A stretch of DNA of 60,977 bases. Source: a virus. Its lineage: Duplodnaviria; Caudoviricetes. Positions 29,140 to 39,076 of this stretch are shown one piece after another. The notes beneath the pieces were generated by a model. The model was not told the DNA's origin, made no database searches, and saw nothing but the letters and a program-made list of their open reading frames with translations. A program made the translations under genes and the position numbers. Position 1 is the stretch's first letter; each line of letters begins with the position of its first letter. The stretch is from IMG/VR virus record IMGVR_UViG_3300021519_000001, positions 1 through 60,977 of that record; one strand, given 5' to 3'.

Positions 29140-29511
29140 ATGGAAATGATTGGACGACTGGTTGCCACGCTGTTTTTGAGCCGCGAAATAGCGCACCGTG
29201 CGCACTTGGCCGCAACAGGCGCGGGCAGCTTCTCTAAACACATGGCCTTGGGTGAGTTTTACCCTGCAGTGGGTGAACATGGCGATACCATCACTGAAGC
29301 CTATCAGGGCCGCCACGGCTTGATTGAAATTCCCTATCTCAAGTACGAGGATGAGGGCGACATCATCAAGTGCTTGGAAAAGCAAATGGATGACATTGAA
29401 AAGCTGCGCTATAACGCAGTGGACAAGTCAGATACAGTCATTCAAAACCTGATTGATGATGCCCTTGCAACGTACTTAAGTACACTTTACAAACTGAGGT
29501 TCTTACGATGA
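29140..29511 (+). CDS. Ferritin/Dps-like four-helix protein (DUF5856-like)
   Basis: AH..H......H.AL..FY...E.YQG..G; YKL.FL. Confidence 0.7.
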   Translation: MEMIGRLVATLFLSREIAHRAHLAATGAGSFSKHMALGEFYPAVGEHGDTITEAYQGRHGLIEIPYLKYEDEGDIIKCLEKQMDDIEKLRYNAVDKSDTVIQNLIDDALATYLSTLYKLRFLR

Positions 29512-29666
29512 AAAAAGAAGTCTGGGATAAAGCGCGACCAAAAGGTTTGGGCAAACCAAAAGCCCTGACTCCCGCCAAGAAAGCATCTGCCAAGGCGGCT
29601 GCAAAAAAAGCGGGCAGACCCTACCCAAATTTAGTTGACAACATGCGCGCAGCACGTGCAAAATGA
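29508..29666 (+). CDS. Small basic protein (52 aa)
   Basis: MKKEVWDKARPK...GRPYPNLVDNM; ATGA overlap with upstream gene. Confidence 0.65.
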   Translation: MKKEVWDKARPKGLGKPKALTPAKKASAKAAAKKAGRPYPNLVDNMRAARAK

Positions 29667-29700
29667 TTTTGTTAGTTGAGGTTGCCTAGGTTGGATTTAG

Positions 29701-29732
29701 GCCCCGAGGCTCACGCTTCGGGGCTATTTTTT
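29701..29732 (+). terminator. Terminator ending the virion operon
   Basis: GCCCCGAGGC-TCAC-GCTTCGGGGC-TATTTTTT at a convergent junction. Confidence 0.8.
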
Positions 29733-30412
29733 ATGAAGCTTTCAACCCTGCGCATCCACATGTCCTTATAGTTGTCAAACTCACGGCCACATGTCACAAA
29801 CTCCTGTGTCTCGCCGTTCTGAGCAACCATCATGATCACCCCTTGCTCAATCTTGGTTCCATGCGATACATCGTGCGCCAAGGCATACGCCGCAAGCTGC
29901 ACAAAGTAGTCCTCAATCCACTTGCGCTGCTTCATTTTGTTGGTCTGCTTAAAATCAATAATTGCAGAGTGATCTTTGTACACACCAATGCAGTCTGACG
30001 TGCCGGCATACTTCTCGGGGTAGTACAGCGGTATCTCTGTGCCCCACACTTCGTTCACGTGCGGCATGAACGTTTCAATCAACTTATACCCCATCCAGTA
30101 TCCCTTGACCGCGAGCCAAGTGCGCGGGGTCTCTAGCGGTCTGTTCAGCAGCAGTCTTTCCACAACACCGTGCATGTGCGTGCCCACAGTTGCTGCATCA
30201 TTTCTGATACGGTCCGCTTCTTCCAAACCAACCCTCGCGGCCCACGCATCGAGGTGTGATTTATCTTTTGTGCCCGACAGGATGGTTGTCACACTGGGCA
30301 CGGCCGGCTGCCCATCCAACGTATAAGTGCGCCCTTGCTCAGAGTCGATGCGTACTAGTTTGGGATAGACGTACTTCTTGCGTATTGGTATGAGTTGCAT
30401 CATTTGATCCAT
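29711..30412 (-). CDS. PD-(D/E)XK exonuclease (MGME1/Cas4-like)
   Basis: PSVTTIL, GT.MH, AGT.D, IIDFK, Q..AY. Confidence 0.9.
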   Translation of the reverse strand: MDQMMQLIPIRKKYVYPKLVRIDSEQGRTYTLDGQPAVPSVTTILSGTKDKSHLDAWAARVGLEEADRIRNDAATVGTHMHGVVERLLLNRPLETPRTWLAVKGYWMGYKLIETFMPHVNEVWGTEIPLYYPEKYAGTSDCIGVYKDHSAIIDFKQTNKMKQRKWIEDYFVQLAAYALAHDVSHGTKIEQGVIMMVAQNGETQEFVTCGREFDNYKDMWMRRVESFIKNSPEA

Positions 30413-31851
30413 TCTTTGATTTCTTCGCCAAGCACAGCGCTTGCGATATTGATTTTGTTGCGTAGCGCCTTGACGATGTGCTCATCCACGGTGTTGGGCG
30501 ATACAAAGTCGATGTAAGTCACCTTGTCTGTCTGCCCGATACGGTGCGCCCTGTCCTCTGACTGCAAACGCTTTTCTAAGTCAAAGCTATTGCTGTAGTA
30601 AATCACAGTCTTTGCCTCTGTCAAGGTAATGCCGTAGCCGCCGGTGCTTGGGTTGCCCACAAAGAAACGCAAATCTGAGTTTGGATCTTGGAATTGTGTA
30701 ACGATCTCTTGGCGATCCTCAGCTTCCGTGTCTCCGTAGTATGTAGCTACAGAGGTCATGCCGTATTCTTTTTGAATGGCAAGCCGAATGTTTTCTATGT
30801 CCCGTCGGTAATTGGCCCAGATGATTACTTTTCCACTACATTCTTCAAGAGTACCAATCAATTCGTTCACACGATTGTTTGGGATATCGATCTGCTGCCC
30901 GTCGTCAAGCTTGACGTGACCACAGCAAATCTGGTGCAGCCGCATGATCTGAGTCAGCGCATTGTTGGTGGACATCAGGTTGCCATCAACCATAGCAAGA
31001 GCCATCAGTTTCATTTGGTTGTAGTACGTGGTTTGTTCCTTGGTGAGTTCAATCTCACGCCTAACGAACACCTTGTCAGGGAGGTCCAAGCATTCGTCCT
31101 TGGTCACGCGAAATGAGAAGCGGTTGAGCTTTTGCTGCAACTCATCCAAGTGTCTGTAGCCCACGATCTGCTTGAACGTATGTGTAGGCATCTTGCGCTC
31201 AACCAGAATGGCATAGCGTGCTTGGAATGCGTAGTAGCTGTAGCTGTTTAAGCATTCCGGCCCGAGGAACTCGCACTGGCTGTACAGATCAAGCGGTGAC
31301 TTGGTTACAGGGGAGCCTGTTGCAATTCTCCTGTACCGCGCATCACGGGCCACCTTGATAATGCTCTTGGTGCGCTTGGCTGTTGGGGTCTTAATCGTCG
31401 TGCTTTCATCGACGGCCATGAATGCGTTTGTCACTCTCAAAAATGTGCGCGCATGGGCTACACCTTTCTCTGTGCTGAATGCTTCAATGTTCATGATCAG
31501 GATGCGCATGGTGTCCACGGCATTCATCATCTTGTCCATTTGCTCACGCTCCGCCTTGCGAGGCGTAGGCGACCAACAGGCCACAGTCGTCGGAACGTGC
31601 TCTGGCATATGCTTTGGCAATTCGGATGTATACCAATTGCGGTATACCCCCTTTGGCGCTACGATAAGCATGGAGTTGATCTTGCCCTTGTCGTATAGCA
31701 TGGCTGCGTTGTTGATGAGCATAAAGCTCTTTCCCGTGCCCATCTCTGCAAACAATGCAACTTCTTTTTCCTCCCAGAAGCGCTGCAGAAATGCAGCTTG
31801 GTGGACGAACGGTTTGTTCTTGAACGGGTACTGGTTTAAAAAATAATCCAT
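30400..31851 (-). CDS. SNF2-family helicase
   Basis: EMGTGKS, DES, TGSP, QSEDRAHRIGQ. Confidence 0.92.
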   Translation of the reverse strand: MDYFLNQYPFKNKPFVHQAAFLQRFWEEKEVALFAEMGTGKSFMLINNAAMLYDKGKINSMLIVAPKGVYRNWYTSELPKHMPEHVPTTVACWSPTPRKAEREQMDKMMNAVDTMRILIMNIEAFSTEKGVAHARTFLRVTNAFMAVDESTTIKTPTAKRTKSIIKVARDARYRRIATGSPVTKSPLDLYSQCEFLGPECLNSYSYYAFQARYAILVERKMPTHTFKQIVGYRHLDELQQKLNRFSFRVTKDECLDLPDKVFVRREIELTKEQTTYYNQMKLMALAMVDGNLMSTNNALTQIMRLHQICCGHVKLDDGQQIDIPNNRVNELIGTLEECSGKVIIWANYRRDIENIRLAIQKEYGMTSVATYYGDTEAEDRQEIVTQFQDPNSDLRFFVGNPSTGGYGITLTEAKTVIYYSNSFDLEKRLQSEDRAHRIGQTDKVTYIDFVSPNTVDEHIVKALRNKINIASAVLGEEIKEWIK

Positions 31852-31880
31852 ATCTTTCTAACTTTCTTTTTAAAAAGGTG

Positions 31881-31908
31881 TTGACACACCCAAAACACAG
31901 TGTACACT
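31881..31908 (+). promoter_or_regulatory. Sigma70-like promoter of replication operon
   Basis: TTGACA-16 nt-TACACT. Confidence 0.65.
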
Positions 31909-31941
31909 AAATGCACGTTTAAAGAAAGGATAGCGTAAAAC

Positions 31942-32292
31942 ATGTCAACAACTACTGAGCATTTCCCTCTGGTGTACGTCGTACAAGAGATGCCAAATCA
32001 TGATATTGCAGGGGCAATGAAATTTGGAGACCCAACGGTGTTACTGCCGTCAAATGTCCAGATTGCATTTTCCACAGTACCGACAGTCAGGCTGCTAAGG
32101 CGAAAGCTTCGCAGCTTCTCTGACCGTGACTTTTTGCTTTTAGCCGGAGACCCCGTGGCCATCGGGCTTGCATGCGCAGTTGCTGCAGCATACAACTCAG
32201 GCCGATTTAGTGTTTTAAAGTGGGATCGTCGTGAAAAGATGTATATCCCAGTTAAGATTGATATCACAGAGAATGGAGAAAGAGATGACTAA
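31942..32292 (+). CDS. Conserved hypothetical protein
   Basis: 116 aa; VYVVQE, GDP, LKWDR; AGAAAGGA RBS. Confidence 0.75.
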   Translation: MSTTTEHFPLVYVVQEMPNHDIAGAMKFGDPTVLLPSNVQIAFSTVPTVRLLRRKLRSFSDRDFLLLAGDPVAIGLACAVAAAYNSGRFSVLKWDRREKMYIPVKIDITENGERDD

Positions 32293-32839
32293 CGTCAATA
32301 TATTTGAAGAAGATGCAGGCGCACTGCAAGTCAAGAACGAAGACCTGTCTTCCGTTGGCGCTTTGGCTAAACGAGCCAAGGAGTTGGAAAAGGAAATTGA
32401 TGACATTGAAGATGTGCTCAAAGAGCGCAAGGAACAACAACGCAAGTTGTTAGAGGACACCATCCCTGCAATGCTTGATGGCCTTGGCATGAAGTCTTTT
32501 AAGATGGCTGATGGCAGCCAGATCGACATCAAGCCTTTCTATAGTGCAAGCATCAAGGAAGAAAAGCGCGCTCAAGCTTACGAGTGGCTGCGCGAGCATG
32601 GCTTTGATGACATCATTAAGAACACTGTGTCAGTGCGGTTTGGTCGTGGTGAAGACCAACTGTGCGACACATTACTGAGCGATCTGCGTGAGAAAAACTA
32701 TCCAGTTGAGCAAGCGCAGAAAATCGAACCCCAGACCTTGAAAGCTTGGGTTCGAGAGCAAGTGGAACGCGGCAACGAGTTCCCAACCGAGCTATTTGGC
32801 GCATACGTGGGCCAAAAAGCAACCATCAAATCAGCATGA
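32285..32839 (+). CDS. Coiled-coil replication/recombination-associated protein
   Basis: Start ATG 32285; AYEWLRE.G..DIIKN, PQTLKAWVRE. Confidence 0.7.
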   Translation: MTNVNIFEEDAGALQVKNEDLSSVGALAKRAKELEKEIDDIEDVLKERKEQQRKLLEDTIPAMLDGLGMKSFKMADGSQIDIKPFYSASIKEEKRAQAYEWLREHGFDDIIKNTVSVRFGRGEDQLCDTLLSDLREKNYPVEQAQKIEPQTLKAWVREQVERGNEFPTELFGAYVGQKATIKSA

Positions 32840-32854
32840 TCTAAGGAAATTAAA

Positions 32855-33622
32855 ATGGCTAAAAACGAAGTAGCAGTAAAAGAGACCAACGCTTTGGCAT
32901 TGGCAGGTGACTTTGAGCAGGACGCTCAGAGTGGTTTTGAGAACATGAGTCAGGACGATTTTGCCCTGCCCTTCTTGAAGCTTTTAACAAATACAAGCCC
33001 TGAGGTAGGCGAGGTTGACGGTGCATTGCCCGGCATGATCCTCAACAGCGTCACGGGTCAGTTGTATGACGGCAAAAAAGGCATCATGGTGCTGCCTGTA
33101 GCTTATGTACGTCAGTACATTGAGTGGGCTCCACGTGGTTCAGGCTCTGGCGCGCCGATGAATATCTATCCCGCCACGTCTGATATTTTAAGCCGCACGC
33201 ACCGCGAACCGGGCGAGAACAAGGACTACCTCGATAACGGCAACTACATCGAGAACACGGCCAACCACTACATCATGATCATCAACGAGTCAGGTATCCC
33301 TGAGCCGGCATTGATCACAATGAAGTCAACGCAACTCAAAAAGTCGCGCAAGTGGAACAGCATGATGATGTCCACAAAGATGATGGGCACCAACGGTCCT
33401 TTCACTCCTCCCATGTACTCACAGGTGTATCGCCTGACGACACAAGCTGAATCCAATGACAAGGGCAAGTGGTTCGGATGGGAAGTTGAGAAGATCGGTC
33501 CTGTAGAAGACATGAACGCTTACAAGGCTGCCAAGTCCTTCTCTGCTTCTGTTGGTTCAGGCGAAGTAAAGGTCAAGCACGAGCACGAGAGCGCACCAAA
33601 CGCTAACGACGTCCCGTTCTGA
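32855..33622 (+). CDS. Putative single-stranded DNA-binding protein
   Basis: C-terminal DVPF tail like SSB-Ct; N.KG.W..W; position before primase. Confidence 0.65.
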   Translation: MAKNEVAVKETNALALAGDFEQDAQSGFENMSQDDFALPFLKLLTNTSPEVGEVDGALPGMILNSVTGQLYDGKKGIMVLPVAYVRQYIEWAPRGSGSGAPMNIYPATSDILSRTHREPGENKDYLDNGNYIENTANHYIMIINESGIPEPALITMKSTQLKKSRKWNSMMMSTKMMGTNGPFTPPMYSQVYRLTTQAESNDKGKWFGWEVEKIGPVEDMNAYKAAKSFSASVGSGEVKVKHEHESAPNANDVPF

Positions 33623-33627
33623 TTTCC

Positions 33628-33695
33628 GGGGCCGAATTCGGTGTCGGACTCTGAGGGTTCTCAGTGATGATCAGCCGTAGCCGTTAGTAGGCCCC
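33628..33695 (+). ncRNA. Candidate structured leader with loop-E motif upstream of primase
   Basis: GGGGCC-GAA...AGTA-GGCCCC with nested CGG/CCG and CTGAG/CTCAG stems. Confidence 0.45.
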
Positions 33696-33713
33696 ACCTT
33701 TATAGAGTGAAGC

Positions 33714-35246
33714 ATGACCGACATAACAAAATTCAAAGCGATATTCAGCGGTCTGGATATAGCTTACGGAACCTACCGTATTAACAAGGAGCGCGGTGAT
33801 GGCAAACAAGCAGGGCAAGCTACCGTGGTCAGGAAACCGCCGACTGATGACCTATGGGTACAGCATTTGGATGGTGTTGACCCTTCCCTTGGCATTATTC
33901 CTATTCGTGCCGATAACAGTTGTATTTGGGGTTGCATTGATATTGATCAATACCCTTTGGACCATAAAGGCTTGGTGGAAAAGGTTGCGCAGCTAAAGCT
34001 GCCAATGGTTGTCTGCCGTAGCAAATCAGGAGGAGCACATGTCTTTTTATTTTCTAAGGAGCCTGCTCCGGCGCGGGAATTTCAGGAGTATCTCAAAAAT
34101 GCTGCAGCGCTCTTGGGTGAAGCCGGAAGAGAGATATTCCCCAAACAATCAGAGATTCTTGTTGAGCGCGGCGACACCGGAAACTTTCTCAACCTACCGT
34201 ACTTCGGGGGCGACAACGGCACGCGGTATGCATTCAATGCCGACGGGTCCGCGGCCACGCTTGAAGAGTTCTATGCACTCTATGAAGCCGCCGTCCAAGA
34301 GTTGCCGCTCGTTGTTCCAGAAGCGCCGAAACAAGCGGAGAGTCCCGTCAAAGATGGTCCGCCTTGCCTACAGGCTTTGTGCGCCCAAGGCTTTCCCGAG
34401 GGCACCCGTAACAATGGACTATTTAACATTGGAGTCTTTCTTAAGCGCGCATTCCCCGCTGCTTGGGAAGACAAGATGGTCGAGTACAACTTCAAGTATG
34501 TATCCCCGCCCCTGCCTAACAATGAAGTCCAAATTCTTGTTAAACAAGTCGGCAAGAAAGAATACCTTTATAAGTGCAAAGACGCGCCGCTCAATAGCTT
34601 TTGCAACTCGGGCCTATGTCGATCACGCAAATATGGCATCGGAACCAATGGTCCTGATGCGCCTCAGATAGCAGCGCTGTCCAAGTACGCCAGTGAACCA
34701 CCCCTGTGGTTCTTGGATGTCAACGGACGCAGAGTCGAGTTGGACACCGAGAGTTTGTTCACGCAGGTGGCTTTTCAAAAGGCATGCTTAGAAAAACTTA
34801 ACGTGCTGCCGCCCACTCTTCGCAAGCAAGATTGGGAACAGATGCTGAACGCCCTTCTCAAAGAAATGGTGGAGACAGAACAAATCACCGACGCACCAGA
34901 GGACACAAGCATCACTGGCCGCTTCATGGATCTGCTTGAAGAATTCACCACCCACATGCAAGAGGCAATGGACCGCGAAGAGATGCTCATGGGCCGCCCA
35001 TGGACGGATGTCGATGAAGCAAAAACCTACTTCCGGATCAAGGACCTTGAAGCACACCTGAAGCGTAACAACTTCATTGGCCTGACAGCCCCCAAGATGG
35101 CTCAACGCCTTCGCGACATGGGTGGAGAGCCCATTCCGCTTTTCCTCAAAGGCCGTACTGTGCGCTGTTGGCGTATTCCGCGCTTCCAGAAACAGGACGC
35201 ACCATTCGAGTCACAAACTAAACGAACTGCAGGGAGCCCATTCTGA
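33714..35246 (+). CDS. Primase (AEP-like with PriCT domain)
   Basis: WGCIDID, RSKSGG.H, PPCL...EG.RN..LF. Confidence 0.8.
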   Translation: MTDITKFKAIFSGLDIAYGTYRINKERGDGKQAGQATVVRKPPTDDLWVQHLDGVDPSLGIIPIRADNSCIWGCIDIDQYPLDHKGLVEKVAQLKLPMVVCRSKSGGAHVFLFSKEPAPAREFQEYLKNAAALLGEAGREIFPKQSEILVERGDTGNFLNLPYFGGDNGTRYAFNADGSAATLEEFYALYEAAVQELPLVVPEAPKQAESPVKDGPPCLQALCAQGFPEGTRNNGLFNIGVFLKRAFPAAWEDKMVEYNFKYVSPPLPNNEVQILVKQVGKKEYLYKCKDAPLNSFCNSGLCRSRKYGIGTNGPDAPQIAALSKYASEPPLWFLDVNGRRVELDTESLFTQVAFQKACLEKLNVLPPTLRKQDWEQMLNALLKEMVETEQITDAPEDTSITGRFMDLLEEFTTHMQEAMDREEMLMGRPWTDVDEAKTYFRIKDLEAHLKRNNFIGLTAPKMAQRLRDMGGEPIPLFLKGRTVRCWRIPRFQKQDAPFESQTKRTAGSPF

Positions 35247-35494
35247 TGCTGAAAATTACCGGACACGACGATGCAATCATTGGCCCTGCCTTCATCTGGG
35301 GTAACGGCGAACGTATATCAGTTCTGGTATACGACGCAGAGGCTATTCGCACAACGCTGATGGAACGCGACAACATGGATGCGGACGAAGCACGCGAATA
35401 CATTGAGTTCAATATCGAGGGCGCTTACATGGGCCCCGACACCCCCATCCTTGTTTGGATGGAAGATTTGTGGGATGAGGAGTATGACGAATGA
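35246..35494 (+). CDS. Conserved hypothetical protein
   Basis: G.DDAIIG, EA.EY.EFNI.GAY.G..TP. Confidence 0.75.
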   Translation: MLKITGHDDAIIGPAFIWGNGERISVLVYDAEAIRTTLMERDNMDADEAREYIEFNIEGAYMGPDTPILVWMEDLWDEEYDE

Positions 35495-35718
35495 AAACAA
35501 TAATTCATGTCAACCAACACGTTGTAAAAGCCAATAAGAAAAACGGGACTAACGATCCTGTGCTGACTGTTAAAACATACAAGGCCAACAGATATGCGCA
35601 CAGCGTAGAAATTGTTGGCCCTTCTAAAGTTGTCTACAGCCCAGACAAGGCCTTGTCCTGTGGCGCTCACGTATGGATTGAAACCCACGCTGAAGTTTTA
35701 GTGCGTGAGGAACCATGA
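35491..35718 (+). CDS. Conserved hypothetical protein
   Basis: IHVNQH.....K...PV.TVK, L.CGA.VWIET. Confidence 0.75.
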   Translation: MKTIIHVNQHVVKANKKNGTNDPVLTVKTYKANRYAHSVEIVGPSKVVYSPDKALSCGAHVWIETHAEVLVREEP

Positions 35719-37214
35719 CTGATATACGCAAGGTCTTTGGGCCGCCCGGGTCAGGGAAAACTACGTACCTTTTAAATGTTGTTGACCGTGAGTTGGCAGC
35801 CGATCTGTCTTCAATGCAGATCGGCTATTTTTCTTTTACCAAGAAAGCAGCGACAGAGGCCAAGGACCGAGCGATTGCAAAGTTTCCTGCATTGAATGCG
35901 CGCACTGACTTCCCCTATTTCCGAACCCTGCACAGCTTGGCTTTCCACTGCCTAGCCGTTAAGGTGGACTTCATGATGAAGCCCGCGGATTACCGAGAGT
36001 TTGCAGCGCAGGCCGGCATTCAAATGAATGTGGTCCAAGAAGATGATGTGGACATGGCCAAGGCCGACAACCCGATCTTGAACGAGATTAATCTTGCCCG
36101 CATCCGCGGAGTAGATCTGCGTGAACACTACAACCAGTGTGGCCTTGATATCGAATGGCATCACTTTGAATTTGTCGAAAGATCGTATCGGCACTACAAA
36201 CGTAGTAAAGAACTACTTGACTTCACCGACCTGCTAGAAATGATTGTGGTGCAGCCCGAGCGTCTTCCATCTTTGGAAGTGCTGATTGTTGACGAAGCAC
36301 AGGATTTGTCACGTTTGCAGTGGCAGCTTGTCGAATCCCTCGCTAAAAAATCCAAACGGGTATTCCTCGCCGGCGACGACGATCAGGCAGTGTTCACTTG
36401 GGCAGGGGCAGATGTCAAGAGCTTCTTGTCATTTGAAGGCCAGATTACAGTTCTTGATCAGTCCTACCGCGTCCCATCAATCGTTCACAAACTTGCTAAC
36501 AAAGTTGTGGAGCAAATTAAAGAGCGGCAAGAAAAAGAATGGAAGCCCCGCGACTACGAGGGCGCTGTCATGACCTACTACCGGTTTGAAGATGTGCCGA
36601 TTGATGACGGCCAATGGCTCATCATGGGCAGCACCAACTATCTTTTGAACCCTGTGCATGAATGGCTCAGAGCCTCTGGAATCCTTTTTGAGCGCTCAGG
36701 GGTACCAAGCCTTAGCCACCCTCTTTTAAAAGCCGTACAGACGTGGGAAAAGCTGCGCAAAGGGGAGTTCCTGTATGGCGATAAGATCAAAAACGTCTAC
36801 AAGTACATTGGTGGGGAGTTCATTGCCCGAGGACACCGGACCTTCAAGGGTGACCCGCTGGTTGAATACAGCATCAAGGATCTGCAGAATGGCTTTGGCC
36901 TACAGACCGATGCAATCTGGCACCAAGCCCTTTCCCGCATCAGCGAAGACAAGCGTGATTACCTGACCGCAGTTCTGCGCCGCGGAACAAAGCTCTCAAC
37001 CATGGGCCGGATCAAACTGTCCACGATCCACGGAGCCAAGGGTGGGGAGGCGGATAATGTGCTGCTGCTCATGGATCTGAGCCCTAAGTTTGCAAAAGAG
37101 TACGCAACTAACGGGGATAACGTTCATCGACTCTTTTATGTGGGAATAACCCGCGCAAAAAAGACCTTGCATTTAGTTTTACCCAAACATATTGAAAAAG
37201 GCTTCAAAATATGA
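35715..37214 (+). CDS. UvrD/REP-family SF1 helicase
   Basis: GPPGSGKT, DEAQD, GDDDQ, TIHGAKGGE, YVGITRA. Confidence 0.93.
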   Translation: MTDIRKVFGPPGSGKTTYLLNVVDRELAADLSSMQIGYFSFTKKAATEAKDRAIAKFPALNARTDFPYFRTLHSLAFHCLAVKVDFMMKPADYREFAAQAGIQMNVVQEDDVDMAKADNPILNEINLARIRGVDLREHYNQCGLDIEWHHFEFVERSYRHYKRSKELLDFTDLLEMIVVQPERLPSLEVLIVDEAQDLSRLQWQLVESLAKKSKRVFLAGDDDQAVFTWAGADVKSFLSFEGQITVLDQSYRVPSIVHKLANKVVEQIKERQEKEWKPRDYEGAVMTYYRFEDVPIDDGQWLIMGSTNYLLNPVHEWLRASGILFERSGVPSLSHPLLKAVQTWEKLRKGEFLYGDKIKNVYKYIGGEFIARGHRTFKGDPLVEYSIKDLQNGFGLQTDAIWHQALSRISEDKRDYLTAVLRRGTKLSTMGRIKLSTIHGAKGGEADNVLLLMDLSPKFAKEYATNGDNVHRLFYVGITRAKKTLHLVLPKHIEKGFKI

Positions 37215-39076
37215 AAACAGTTCCACTTTTCCCCACTCCCACAGAATGGGTGGCTCCGGAAGTGTTTCCAAACCTTTCAACAGCGAAAGAGATTGCAATT
37301 GACCTTGAAACATGCGACCCCAACTTGGAATCCATGGGCCCGGGATGGGCTAGGAACGACGGTTTCGTTGTCGGCTACGCCCTTGCCGTCGATGGATGGT
37401 CTGGATATTTTCCGGTGGCGCATCAGGGTGGTGGAAATCTGGACAGACGCAGAGTGGAGAGATGGATCACGGACGTACTGGCTTACCCTTCCGATAAGGT
37501 TATGCATAACGCCGCCTATGACTTGGGGTGGCTACAAGCAAGTGGTTTTAAGGTCAACGGACGGATCGTTGATACCATGCTCGCGGCCCCTATTCTTGAC
37601 GAAAACCGTTTCAGCTATTCTCTCAACGCCTTGGGATTTGACTACCTCCAAGAAGCCAAGTCCGAGCAAGGGCTCAAACAAGCCGCTGCAGACTTCGGAG
37701 TCCATCCGAAAAAAGAACTTTGGAAACTACCCGCCATGTATGTGGGAGAGTACGCTGAACAGGATGCAGCGCTCACACTGAAACTGTGGCAAGCATTTAA
37801 GATCCGCATGCGTCAGGATGAAGTCGAATCCATCTTCAATCTCGAAACAGAAGCCTTTCCCGTCCTGCACAACATGACAAGCCGCGGCATCCGGTTTGAC
37901 CGCAGCAAATGTGAGCAGTTGATTGAGCAATTGATCGCCCGTGAGAAACAAATCCACAAGGACCTCAAGTCACTTGTCGGATCCAACGTCGATATCTGGG
38001 CCGCACAAAGCATCGCCCTAGCGTTTGACAAGCTTCACCTGCCCTATGCAAAGACCGAGAACGGCCAACCAAGCTTTACAAAAGGCTTCTTGGATGGTTG
38101 TGAGCATCCGATTGCCAAGATGATTGTGGAAGCGCGCGAGACCAACAAAACGCACAGCACCTTCCTGCAGCCGTACCTTCACTTCAGTGAAAAGACAGGG
38201 CGAATCCATCCGCACGTCAACCAGATGCGCTCCGATGATGGCGGCACTGTCACCGGCCGTCTGTCCATGGCCAATCCTAATTTGCAGCAAGTCCCTGCCC
38301 GCCACGAGATCATCGGCCCCATGGTGCGCAGCCTGTTTCTTCCCGAAGAGGGCGAGATGTGGGCATCAAATGACTTCTCTTCACAGGAACCAAGGCTCTT
38401 AGTCCACTACGCGTCCCTGCTCGATTTACCCGGAGCCGACAAGATGGTGGGTGCCTATCAGAACGACCCCAACACCGATTTCCACCAGATGGTTGCCGAT
38501 ATGGCCGGCATCAAACGTAAAGCTGCCAAGACCATTGGCTTGGGCTTGATGTACGGCATGGGCAAGAACAAATTGGCAGCGCAACTGGACCTAAACCTTG
38601 ATGAAGCGTCAGAACTTATCGACCAATTCCACAGGAATGTTCCGTTCCTGAAAGGCACCGTCAACGCCGTAATGAAAAGGATCGAGCATCCCGCATCCAA
38701 CGGATCCATCCGCACCCTTCTTGGACGTAAGTGCCGGTTCCCACTTTGGGAGCCAATGGAGTGGGGCGTGAACAAAGCGCTGCCTCGTGAGCAAGCCATC
38801 ATGGAATATGGTCAGAGGATCAAGCGCGCAGGCACTTACAAGGGATTGAACCGCCTCATCCAAGGCTCGGCAGCAGACCAGACAAAGGCAGCAATGGTTG
38901 CATTAGCGCGGGAGGGGATCATGCCCATGCTGCAGGTTCATGATGAACTGGCATTGAGCGTCAAGACAAAAGAAGAAGCGCAGCGTGCAGCAAAGATTAT
39001 GGCAACGTGCGTCAACATGCAAATCCCCAGTCGGTGCGATGTGGAAGTCGGACCAAGCTGGGGAGAAGCAAAGTAA
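37211..39076 (+). CDS. polA: DNA polymerase family A with 3'-5' exonuclease
   Basis: AIDLET, TGRLS..NPNLQ, DFSSQE.R, R..AK.IGLG..YG, QVHDEL. Confidence 0.95.
   Translation: MKTVPLFPTPTEWVAPEVFPNLSTAKEIAIDLETCDPNLESMGPGWARNDGFVVGYALAVDGWSGYFPVAHQGGGNLDRRRVERWITDVLAYPSDKVMHNAAYDLGWLQASGFKVNGRIVDTMLAAPILDENRFSYSLNALGFDYLQEAKSEQGLKQAAADFGVHPKKELWKLPAMYVGEYAEQDAALTLKLWQAFKIRMRQDEVESIFNLETEAFPVLHNMTSRGIRFDRSKCEQLIEQLIAREKQIHKDLKSLVGSNVDIWAAQSIALAFDKLHLPYAKTENGQPSFTKGFLDGCEHPIAKMIVEARETNKTHSTFLQPYLHFSEKTGRIHPHVNQMRSDDGGTVTGRLSMANPNLQQVPARHEIIGPMVRSLFLPEEGEMWASNDFSSQEPRLLVHYASLLDLPGADKMVGAYQNDPNTDFHQMVADMAGIKRKAAKTIGLGLMYGMGKNKLAAQLDLNLDEASELIDQFHRNVPFLKGTVNAVMKRIEHPASNGSIRTLLGRKCRFPLWEPMEWGVNKALPREQAIMEYGQRIKRAGTYKGLNRLIQGSAADQTKAAMVALAREGIMPMLQVHDELALSVKTKEEAQRAAKIMATCVNMQIPSRCDVEVGPSWGEAK

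Noticed and set aside
29711-30412. Cas4-like nuclease as part of a CRISPR system
   Set aside because: No Fe-S cysteine cluster pattern, array or other cas genes; ordinary phage exonuclease.
33622-33700. tRNA between SSB and primase
   Set aside because: No T-loop GTTCRA in the right context and no cloverleaf; folds as one long hairpin.
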